64,000 nt of DNA from Eledone cirrhosa (lineage: Eukaryota): NCBI GenBank assembly GCA_964016885.1, contig OZ024740.1:416578001-416642000 (forward strand), written 5' to 3'. The translations under genes were made by a program, and so were the position numbers. Position 1 is the stretch's first letter, and each line of letters starts with the position of its first letter. The notes beneath the pieces were generated by a model. It made no database searches and was not told the origin of the DNA. It saw only the letters and a list, made by a program, of their open reading frames with translations. Positions 53,105 to 64,000 of this stretch are shown here, in pieces.

Positions 53105-53960
53105 TACTAATTGTTTCTACTTTGGGTATAAGGCCAGCAATTATCTCAGTGTATTACTGGTATTTTATTTTACCGACCCCGTAAGGACCAAAGGCAAAGT
53201 TAACCTCGGCGGGATTTGAACTCAGACCATAAAGGGCCTTAAGTATTTGCTGCAAAGCACGGCGTCCGACCCTCTACCTATTCTACCAATCCACCGCCCT
53301 TTTATTAACCACAACGGTTGACATAAAGTATAACATTAAAAGGACAGGACAGATTGGTACTAATGGGCATTTCTGCGTTTTGAAAACAAAAGTGTATTAC
53401 TGGTATTTTATTTTATCGACCCCGTAAGGACGAAAGGCAAAGTTAACCTCGGCGGGATTTGAACTCAGACCATATAATAATAATTGTTTCTACTTTAGGC
53501 ACAAGGCCAGCAATTACCAGTGCATTACTGGTACTTTATTTTATCGACCCCGTAAGGATGAAAGGCTAAGTTAACCTCGGCGGGATTTGAACTCAGATCA
53601 TAAATGGGCGTAACTCTATGCTACAAAGCATGGCGTCCGACTCTCTACCGATACTGCCAATCCAAATAATAATTGTTTCTACTTTTGGCACAAGGCCAGC
53701 AATTATTCCACTTTATTACTGGTACTTTATTTTATCGACCCTGTAAGGATGAAAGGCAAAGTTATAATATTTGTTTCTACTTTAGGCACAAGGCCAGCAA
53801 TTACCTAGTGCATTACTGGTACTTTATTTTATCGACCCCGTAAGGATGAAAGGCAAAGTGAACCTCGGCGGGATTTGAACTCAGATCGTAAAGGGACGTA
53901 ACTATGCTGGAAAGCATGGCGTCCGACCCTCTACCGATACTGCTAATCCACCCGGCAAAG
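53105..53960 (-). mobile_element. Tandem array of five SINE copies/fragments
   Basis: Repeated head-to-tail SINE bodies separated by (AAT)n tails. Confidence 0.85.
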
Positions 53961-54211
53961 TTATAATAATGATAATAAAGAACAGACACAAAACATCAAT
54001 TTCACATCATGAAGTGACACTTTATTCCTGCTCCTTATTATTATAATAGTCTATTTAAGGATAATCTCCTCAGATGTAACTGGTACTTAGCTCAGCTAAG
54101 TGTATTGGAACAATAGGAAAGCGTTTTTCTCAACAACGCTGTTATATCCTATTTACAACGGAAATATTTTTTTACATAAAAAATAAGTTTTTGCTTTTTT
54201 GTAGCTACACA

Positions 54212-55114
54212 TCTATATATATAAAACTGAGTGTCTGTCTGTGTGTGTGTGAGTTTGAATCCCTAAAACTCGAGAACCACCCAACCGACTGTTTTCAAAC
54301 TTTACACATGTAATACTTATGTTTCAGGGAGTGTTCTGAGCAAAAATTTTAATTTTCAATGCCCTAGGGACCGCATTAGGCGATTTAGCGATCTCTCTCT
54401 ATAATTCTTAGTCTTTCTCTTTTTAGCTAGATAATACATATAACGTCGCGCCCTTATAATATCTGTCTGTATGTCTGACTGTCTGCATTACGTCACTTCC
54501 CTGAGGATGTCTGTGTGTGTGTGTGTATGTGTGTGTGTGTGATTTTGAATCCCTAAAACTCGAGAAGTACCCAACCGACTTTTTTCAAATTCTACATGTG
54601 TATTACTTGTTTCAGGGAGTGTTATGCACATAAAAAATTCAATTTTTTTGTCCCCTAGGGCCCGCATTAGTTGAAAAACTGCATTTTTTCAGGTTTTTAG
54701 GGTTTTTTGGAGTCGTTACGTCAGACTGATTTCCTTGAAATTGTAACTATGTATTAGTCAGTCTCTTCTTCATACCGTGAGCAAAGAAAATCCAACTTTT
54801 TTATGGCCTAGGTGAAAAACTTCATTTTTTCAGCTTTTTAGGGCTTTTTTAAGGCGTTACGTCTAGCCGATATTCCCGAAATTTCAAGGCATATTATGCA
54901 CATAAAAAAAAATCATTTTCTTGATCCGCATTAGGTGAAAACCTGCATTTTTCCTGCTTCATCGAGGAAAATCTTAAAGATTATCCACCCATCAGAGTAT
55001 TCGGTTTATTTTCTTTACATATTGTCCACGCATGCAGTTTTTCTACGATTAGGTCTGTTGGCGGCCCGCGTTCCAAAATACCTTATCTCGTGCAACGCCG
55101 GGTTCCACTGCTAG
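54212..55114 (+). mobile_element. Complete non-autonomous Helitron
   Basis: A|TCTATATATATAAAAC ... ctcgtgcaacgccggg hairpin, CTAG|T; internal duplicated module. Confidence 0.85.
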
Positions 55115-55347
55115 TTATGTATATAGCAAACAATGGAAAGATTTTCTTAAATCAAAAACAATAATTTTATTCTTTGTCATGTGTGTAGTACGCATCAAAA
55201 ATGATTTTTTTTTTACAAAAAAAAACTATATATATATGTATAAATATTTCGTATCTCCAAAGAAATACAGTTTTAGGAAGCCGTAGCTATGCAAACACCG
55301 GAGGGCTAACGCCCTCTGGTGATGTCCAGCAGAAGCAAGGGGGACAA

Positions 55348-55389
55348 CCGTCTATGCATTTCAGGCTTAACTGGCCTTCGTCAGGACGG
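55348..55389 (-). ncRNA. Canonical minimal type I hammerhead
   Basis: CCGTC-CTGACGA-AGGC cagttaa GCCT-GAAA-TGCA-TA|GACGG, in fold-back 55234-55661. The mirror copy 55507-55546 has U16.1>A. Confidence 0.9.
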
Positions 55390-55816
55390 TCCCTCCCACC
55401 GCTTGCGACTTCTGGACTAGAAGACAGCTGAGAATATATACTTTTCTCGTCTGTGTAAATGAGGTGATTAATCTCATTTGCATATGAAGCTGCGGGGGGG
55501 GGGGGGCGTCCTGACGAAGGCCAGTTAAGCCTGAAATGCAAAGACGGTTGTTCCCCTTGCTTCTGCTGGACATCACCAGAGGGCGTTAGCCACCCGGTGT
55601 TTGCATAGCTACGGCTTCCTAAAACTGTATTTCTTTGGAGATACGAAATATTTATACATATTGTATCTGTTAGAACACGAAAAGTGTGAAACAACAGAAT
55701 GTTCACTTTTCGTGTTCTAACATATATGCCTAACTTCTTCATAAATTTTCCCGGGATAGCCGTGGTGATGGTGATCGTATGTCATTGGCTAATTTTCAAC
55801 CAATCAGAGTAAGTGT

Positions 55817-55884
<68 letters not shown>

Positions 55885-57211
55885 TATTCCCCCTCTCTCT
55901 ATATATATCTTACGCTTTCGCTTTACACTCCTCCCCTTCAATAACACATTTCCCCCTCTCTATATATCTCTTCCACTGTTACTTACGCCTGTTTCTCTCT
56001 ATCTGTTCCGTCTCTATATATATCTCTCTTACTCTTTCGCTTTGCACTCCTCCCCTTCAATACCATCTTTCCCCCTCTCTATATATTTGTTACTCTATCG
56101 CTGCACGCTCCTCTCCTTCAATATATCAATTACACACGCTTTACACTCCTTTATCCCCAGCGCCCCTATATATACACCCCCCCTCCCGCATCTATATTTT
56201 AATGTTCCGTTGCACCGTGAATATATGTGTCTATATATATATACATATATATTGTATATACACATTCATGTATGTGTATACACACTCATGTATGTATATA
56301 CACTGGTTTTATGTGTGTATTGTAAATTTGTACTGTTAAAACACGAAACTAACATTCGATTGACACTTTGATTACCTGTACAGGCAATAGTTATTAGAAT
56401 GCTGTTGAAGTGTGTATATATTTTTGGGGGACATCCTGTATATACACACATTATATATAATACAATAAACAGATAAATACACACATATATATATGAGCTT
56501 ATTTAATTATAAATATTGTGAATTTTTAACTCAGTTCAATTATATATATAAATGGCTTCTACAGGACTAGAACTGTTTCATTCGAAAGAAATCATCATAA
56601 TATTGAGAGGGGGGACTAGATAAAATATTTCAAATCAAATGTGTATAAGTTATAAGTTAAAATGTATAAATAGAGACGATAGTGGAGGTATATCTGTTTA
56701 GTGGAACAGTAGACGATAGAATTAAATACAGACGAGAATCTCCCTTTAATGAAACAGCAGACGATAGAATTAAGGCAATTTAAATTTTAAGCATTTGCCT
56801 TTCATCGTTACGGGGTCGATAAAATAAAGTACCAGTAATACACTGTCACTATAAGTAGACGACTTTCAAATTGAATTGTTGGTTCCATTTCTTTAGTATT
56901 TTCAATTGTAGTTATCTACTTAAAAAGCGTTACACGGTTAGAGACATAATTGGTAAGTTATATCTTCCCTATTAAACCATTGCATTATTTCGCCTACAAT
57001 AGAACAAAAATGAAATGTTCTTTAAAGAAACAGGAATATAACTTTATAAAAAAAAAAGTTGCATCCGCTTCTTTTATCATTGTTAATTTTTTCGTTTTAA
57101 TATTAATTGTTTTTTGTAGTTGTTTATATTAAAAATCTTACTGTAATATTTACTTAAACGAAGGCAGACATCTAAACTTATAGATTAATCTTGAGCGAAG
57201 GACTAGATAAA

Positions 57212-57270
<59 letters not shown>

Positions 57271-57352
57271 GTTATTCCGGGTTGAATCGGAGGTAACCAC
57301 AGTAAGTAAGGTACTCAATACATAGCAGAGTATAACAGTTTTAATATAGATG

Positions 57353-57403
57353 AGATTCTACAGGACTAGAACTGTTTCATTCATTAGAAATCATCAGGAA
57401 TCT
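57353..57403 (-). ncRNA. Type I hammerhead, family E
   Basis: In palindrome 57338-57462 (loop gaat). Insert 57270-57462 starts at the same base as 48709. Confidence 0.85.
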
Positions 57404-57458
57404 GATGATTTCTAATGAATGAAACAGTTCTAGTCCTGTAGAATCTCATCTATATTAA

Positions 57459-57498
<40 letters not shown>

Positions 57499-57502
<4 letters not shown>

Positions 57503-57800
57503 GAAGAATGATAAAATTTCAAGCAAAGAGTTTAATTAGGTAATGACTTACAAATTTGTTTCAGTATATATTTAATATAATATTAATATATTTTGTAATA
57601 TTATTAACTAATTATTATAATTAGCGCTTCAGGCTTTGTCTATATACTGAAACAAATTTGTAAGTCATTACCTAATTAAACTCTTTGCTTGAAATTTTAT
57701 CACTCTTCGTTTTGAATTTCTCCTAAGTATTCAATACTCTGTTGAGAAATACATTTTACATAAACAGTCTTTGTACCATTTATACGGTATTAATTACTTA
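57499..57800. mobile_element. Fold-back pLTR insert with HHR 3' half
   Basis: Arms 57499-57570 / 57641-57712; GAAA-CAAATTTG-TA|AGTCA. Confidence 0.65.
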
Positions 57801-57842
<42 letters not shown>

Positions 57843-57843
<1 letters not shown>

Positions 57844-57981
57844 CGTATGATTAGAACTGTGTTTATTATTAATATTTTAATGGATTTAATGAAAAATTTT
57901 AGGTGTTCATATATATATTCTAAAAATGCGCGAAATCGTGAATCCGCGATAGTTGAACCGCCAAGTAGCGAGGTATCACTG
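57843..57981. mobile_element. pogo/Tigger-like terminal fragment
   Basis: Ends tagcgaggtatcactg|TA, a typical CAGT.. TIR plus TA target. Confidence 0.55.
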
Positions 57982-58009
57982 TATATATGTTTAAATATAT
58001 AGTGTAGCT

Positions 58010-58474
58010 GTGATGTATCTCGCGAGTGAATCGAGACCTGTCACTGATTTTGGTGTCCCCACTGCCGATGTGAATGAGCAACGCTGCACTTGTGAATTGG
58101 GTCTTGATGTTGCAGGCAGTTCATATACTTACAATGATGCGGTCCCACAAGCTTGTTCACATTCCTGTGCTAATAATCTAGATGGGCGTATTAAATTGGA
58201 TGTGAAAACAGCTTACCGGATGCGGAATCGGGAGAAGTTGAGACAAAAACAGGCCGATTATAGAGCTGTGAATTTTGCTAAATTAACACAAAAACAGGCC
58301 AAGTATAGATGTTCAAAACGGTATGAGTTGGCAAACAAGCAGGCCAAGTATAGATCTGCAAATTCAGCTATTATATCTCAAAAGCAAGCCGAGCGTAGAG
58401 CTTCTAAACGTACCGAGTTGGCTAAAGAGCAGACCAAGTACAGATCTGCAAATATCTTATTGCACAAACAATAA
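58010..58474 (+). other. ORF with 15-aa basic helical repeats, probably TE-derived
   Basis: QKQADYRAVNFAKLT / QKQAKYRCSKRYELA / NKQAKYRSANSAIIS / QKQAERRASKRTELA / KEQTKYRSAN (45-bp DNA period). Confidence 0.4.
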
Positions 58475-58686
58475 TTCTGCACAAATGTTGCTCCATTATT
58501 AGATCTAATGTTGCAACGATACAGTTAAATGTTGTCTGTGTATTTTAAAAAAGATTTGCTTATAATCTTTTCAAATTTCATTACGCCAATGATTCAAGCT
58601 CAAATTGACATTATCTAAAAAATTGTACAAACAGCGGTGGATTAGCAGTAGTGAACAGATAAATCAGTCAATTTATTAAGATTGAC

Positions 58687-59339
58687 TTGGCATCAATCAG
58701 CAAGACCTTCATTAGCTGCTCTCCAGCCATCTATTTAAAGCTGTATACATCTATGGTACGAATACACTTGGAGTTCGCGTCATCAGTCTGGAACCTCTAT
58801 CTTGCTCAGAACATTGACCTCCTGGAAACTGTTCAGAGACATGCAACCAAGCGCATACCCTCCATCAGACACCTACCATACCCTGAATATTTTGCTTCCC
58901 TCTGGCAATGGACTTGGTAAACACCCACAAAGTTATTAACCATCCGACCAACAACAACCCCGAACACCTTTTTGATCTCCATGTGTCTAACACGTGGACA
59001 TGCCTACAAAGTCAGAAAACAACACAGCTCCCATGACTTTAGGAAATATTTCTTCATGCTCAGAGTTGCTGAAGGATGGAACAAACTTCCTGCATCAGTT
59101 GTTAGCTGATGACACACTGCATCCTTTAAAACCATCATACATTCCGAAATACACCAAAACTACACCTGATGTCCCCCTTCCATACACATGCACATATGTG
59201 TATATCATGACTCATGCACTGTTCTTTTTTCATGACGTTTTTATATTACCCTATGTATTATATATGCACTTTTGATGAGTTGTAGTGCACCTCAGCATTG
59301 TACACAATATTTTCATTATTATTATCATTATTATTATTA
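58687..59339 (+). mobile_element. CR1-like LINE 3' fragment
   Basis: LYTSMVR.HLEFASSVWN.Y...I.LLE.VQR.ATK.I; (TTA)n tail. Confidence 0.85.
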
Positions 59340-59807
59340 CACTCATTGATCCATTTTGCACTAACTCTGCATCAAGCACCCTCACCTAAATATTAACCAA
59401 TCAAGGATCCAATACAGCTATCTGTTGGATGAGTATTGTATAGTGCCAAAAACGAAACCAATCAGTTTAGCAGAAAGTTTCCAGACAAGAAACACGCATA
59501 TTTTGCTATCCTCAAACACGTTTACACATGGCATGAAATATAACTAATCCGTGATGGCTAGGTTTCATCTTCTAACTGGATATACGAAATCCATTATGTC
59601 TTGACAACAACATGAGGTAACATTATGTTATTCACAGACACACTTTGTACACTGTTCCATATCAGAATGTATTTCCTTCGTCACATTCACAAACAGTATT
59701 GAAAATATGTTCTTCGGCAAATAAAAATGTTTTGTTCATAATATTTCAACTAGCGATTGCTCTACTCCACGCACGACCACCATAAATTAATGACCAGCTC
59801 AACACAA

Positions 59808-59980
59808 GTATCGGTAGAGCGTCAGACACCATGCTTTGCAGTATTGTTATGGTCCTTTGCATTCTAAGTTCAAATCCTGCCGAGGTTAACTTCGACTTTC
59901 ATACTTACTAATTCGATAAAATAAAGTACCAGTAATGGACTGCCGTAATGGATTTGTGCCGAAAAATAGAAACACTATTA
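59808..59980 (+). mobile_element. SINE, diverged
   Basis: CORE-type SINE sequence. Confidence 0.75.
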
Positions 59981-60530
59981 ATGTGCAATAAGAGCAAAAT
60001 ATAACGACATTGCTCAATTATTTTATCCAATGTTGTAATAACACAAGGAAATGTTGTTTGTGTATTTTTTTTTATATTTGCTCATAGGCTTTTACAATTT
60101 CGCTCAGCCAACAACTATTAAAAAGTGAGTTGCTTAAGATAACAATTTAATCACAAATTGTTGCTATCTTTTAATACACTCCAACAAGTCATCAAATTAT
60201 GTACAATAAAAACAAATCTTATTAATTTGCTCAGGGAATATAAAGAAAATGTATATACACTGATAATTGCAATTGTATGTAAATATTTTGTTTTTGTATT
60301 GTTTATTTTATGTTTTCTATTATGTATAATATATTGATTTAATATTGATTGTTTTTTGTAGTTGTTTATATTAAAAGTCTGAAAATATTTTTATACATCT
60401 TACACTAATATTTATAAGATAATTTATAATAACAATTACATAATCTAATTACATTACAACGATAATTTATTATTAATATATATCCTGTTTAACTAGAGTT
60501 ATTACAAGCGTTGCCTTAAAAAAATATTAA

Positions 60531-61487
60531 ACTAGACATGAAAAATGCGCAAGCTCAAAAGTGCCACAGAATGTTATAATAAACCTTCAAAAGTGTGGGA
60601 CTAGAGTTGTTGCTAAAAAATATTGTAATCATTATATATCGTACATTCTGTGGCATCCTTTATAAAAATAGCTTAAACCAACGAAGCCTTTATTTTTACG
60701 CTATTTCACTTAGTTAATTCTTAGAGTGTAACATATAAAAATAAATACATCTATGTTTAATGTAATAACAGCTATAAATAATTACGTAATATTATTATCA
60801 TATACTCATAGTAACAAAATAATTGTGTTGAAAATTAATATGATGCTTATAAGAACGATCAAATCTATAATGATAATTTCTTAAATATACTAATAGTAAA
60901 ATAATTTAGTTATCTATTGTTACATTTTCATAGAACTATAATATTAACAATCGTATTGCATTATCAAATTTTTATCACTACAAACTTTCATATTGGAATT
61001 ACCTTAAGCCACTTATTATTACTTCGCTTTCGTACTTTTACAGCTGTAGATATTGCGCTGTATCTTATATCTAATATCAATATCTCATGGTAATTTGCAT
61101 GCAGTGTAAAATAGGTTTATTAATAACTTTAATATGAAATGTATTATACAGGGCTGCGGAGTCGGCCAAAAATTGACTGGCTCCAACTCAGGATCCGATA
61201 CTCCATTATTTCCTAAATTTCAGCTCCGCAGCTCTGTTATTATATTAATTAATTTATTTTATAGTTGTAAATCATATTTTTATATGTTACACTCTAAGAA
61301 TTAACTAAGTGAAATAGCGTAAAAATAAAGGCTTCGTTGGTTTAAGCTATTTTTATAAAGGATGCCACAGAATGTACGATATATAATGATTACAATATTT
61401 TTTAGCAACAACTCTAGTCCCACACTTTTGAAGGTTTATTATAACATTCTGTGGCACTTTTGAGCTTGCGCATTTTTCATGTCTAGT
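60531..61487. repeat. 213-bp inverted repeat with 531-bp spacer
   Basis: 60531-60743 is the reverse complement of 61275-61487; no mismatch seen. Confidence 0.85.
61149..61236. mobile_element. 88-bp hAT-type MITE
   Basis: TIR CAGGGCTGCGGAG / CTCCGCAGCTCTG; 8-bp TSD gtattata/ttattata (7/8). Confidence 0.7.
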
Positions 61488-61527
61488 AAAGCTATGCTTG
61501 AAGCGAAATCCTATTTCTTTTTATATA

Positions 61528-64000
61528 TCTCACTATATATAAAACGGTAGATGTCTGTCTGTGTGTGTGTATGATTTTTATGCATTTCCACATTTCTCTA
61601 CCGATTTTGATGATTTTCTTTTCCCAATGTACTCCAAATTTACCAGAGCAGGTCAACGCGTAATTACTTTTGCCAAAAATGTCCTGCTTCTATGAAAAAA
61701 AATCGATAAAACTAAACAGATGCTGTAACCCTCTCTCTTACACGCTCCATTCCTCTCACTACCCTCAATCTCCTCCGCAACTCTCTTTAAAAGGTTACTG
61801 CCTCCGTCTCTGAAGGAACGCGACACAAACTTTGATAACCCTCTCTCTTACACGCTCCATTCCTTTCACTACCCTCAATCTCCTCTGCAACCCTCTTTAA
61901 AAGGTTATTGCCTCCGTCTCTGAAGGAACGCGACACAAACTTTGATAACCCTCTCTCTTATACGCTTCATTCCTCTCACTACCCTCAATCTCCTCTGTAA
62001 CTCTCTTTAAAAGGTTACTGCCTCCGTCTCCATTACAGTTTTACAGTTTAGAACAACGACAAATCTTCTCTCTATATAATAGATCATTCCCCCTCTTCGT
62101 TTGTCATACATCAAATATCAAAATTTAAAAAGCCGATAACACTAAATACATACTGCTCTCTCAACGTTACATTTTACATCAAATAGCAAATATTCAAAAG
62201 CAACAGATGAATTTATAAAACAACAAACGTAACAATAACGACGCTTAAGCGTTCATTTACTTGAATCTCAACAAAGACATTATATTTTATTGTTGTCCTT
62301 TTTGTAATTTTCTTTCTTTGTTTTTCTCAATATGAGACAAAAAATTAATGAGAAAACTTTTTTCACGAACGTCCGATTTCGATGATTTATTTTCCAGTGT
62401 GCTCCAAAATAACGCCCTGTTTACGGTCTTTTGTGCTATAACTCAGACAGGCTTGGCTTACAGGTTTGACCTATTATTTGATGTGCATTCTTCATAGATC
62501 TTACTTAGTACTCACTTTCCACTTACTCACCGTTCAATTGAAAGTGTTGGCTACTCCCCCTGTCATGCTCCATTACCTGCATAAATATTTACGTGTTCGG
62601 TCCTGCTACAACATAGTACTCACTTGAAACTAATTCAAAGTTCATTTGAAAATTTTCGCTACCAAACACATTCTTTGAATCAACGGTCATGCCACCCAAA
62701 AAAGACCACGACTTAGTCGCCAAACTAAAGCTGCTTCTGCTGTAAACGAAGAAGAGCTATAGAGTTGTCCGCAGAAAAATTGACTCGGTTGTCACAAGAT
62801 TCAACTCGAAATGCAATTACCCGGGCAACCGAGACAGAAAAAAAGAGGAGCATCCGCCATTCCGGAAATGCATTTGTAACTGCAGTTGCACGTGCAGCGC
62901 AAACTGATGAACAATATTCTCGACGATGAAGCAAAAATGATGCCTCCACCGCTGTGGCACGTGACGGTGAGGACGAAGAACACCGTTACAGACGAAGACG
63001 AAGAGATGCCGCCTCAACTGCTGCGTCACGTGCTGCCGAGGACGAAGGGCAGCGTTCCAGATGTCAACGTACGGACGCCGCTTCAACAGCTTCCGTTCGC
63101 GCATCAGAGACTGCGCAAATTCAATTACAAAGGCTAAACGCCAACGCACTCCGCAGGAGTGCTAAACAAGGTACACAGAGGATCAGTTGCACTCAGTGGT
63201 CTCATAAGGCTTTCCACTATGACCCAACAGTAAACTATGCACTGATGCCAGAAGTTCAGATTGGATCCATATCTGTCATTTGCCATTATTGTCGGGCAAA
63301 AAAATGGCCTGGGGAAACTTCAAGGATGTGCTGCTCTGATGGCAAAGTGAGACTGCCTCTTCTACAGGAACCACCACAACCTTTGAAGTCTCTACTGACC
63401 GGTGCCACAGCGGAGTCGGAACACTTCCTTCGATGTTCCAGGAGATACAACGCTGCCTTCCAAATGACCTCTTTCGGAGCTAACATAGGTGTCGACGGAT
63501 ACCACTTTGGAATTCCTTTATGCAACAGCAACAAAACTGTTTCCTCTAGGCAATTCTACACCTACCGATTCATGGTCCGCGAATGCTGCTTTAACCAACT
63601 CCACCGTGCAAGAGTACTCTTCAACCAGCTTGCTGTAGACGCGTGCGCAAAGATGGAATCTGAAACATAAGGAACAATCAAGCGAGCCTTCGTTCGGACA
63701 GCTACATTCACTTACGGGATGGAGTAAGGAATGAGGTCGATCACGAGAACCTAGGAAAACAGTGTATGCTTCCGTCGACCTTCATTGGGAGTCCCCGATA
63801 CATGAGTGAACGCACACAGGATGCTATGACGTACGTGCGTCTCTACGGCAGACCAGATCTCTTCATAACTTCAACATGCAACCCTAAGTGGAGTGAAATT
63901 ACCGCGGAATTATTCCCCGGACAAAGGGCGTCAGACACTTGAAGTTGACAAAACTTATTGAACTCCTAAAATCAGGTAAGGCCTTTGGACCTGTTAGGTG
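61528..64000 (+). mobile_element. Helitron 5' half (RepHel, frameshifted), runs off window
   Basis: A|TC start; three 110-bp tandem repeats at 61727-62030; ATG 62689; CHYC.AKKW.GE..MCC..GKV.LP, YN..FQMTSFGA, LPSTFIGSPRYM..QDAM.YVR.YG.PDLFIT.TCNPKW. Confidence 0.92.

Overview
AT-rich, repeat-saturated eukaryotic DNA, most likely an octopus/coleoid cephalopod (inferred from the tRNA/CORE-type SINE, RTE and Penelope repertoire). The only host-gene signal is an LBP/BPI-family gene on the minus strand (~190-12492): exon 1 is intact, downstream segments are decayed. The rest is mobile DNA: Penelope-like elements (PLEs; Naiad-type and Neptune/Nematis-type), RTE, Tx1/L1, CRE-like and CR1 LINEs, Helitrons, hAT, pogo-like and MITE relics, solo LTRs, SINEs and microsatellites. 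The main observation is that many (TA)n tracts bracket short PLE pseudo-LTR inserts that are folded back into palindromes (arms ~20-900 bp). These inserts carry more than 20 full-length type I hammerhead ribozyme (HHR) motifs from about a dozen sequence families. Many have palindromic helix III, non-canonical cores (U4C, U4A, possibly U3-A8) or very long helix II, and the fold-back turning points cluster inside the ribozyme. All folds and alignments were done by eye; none was computed or tested.
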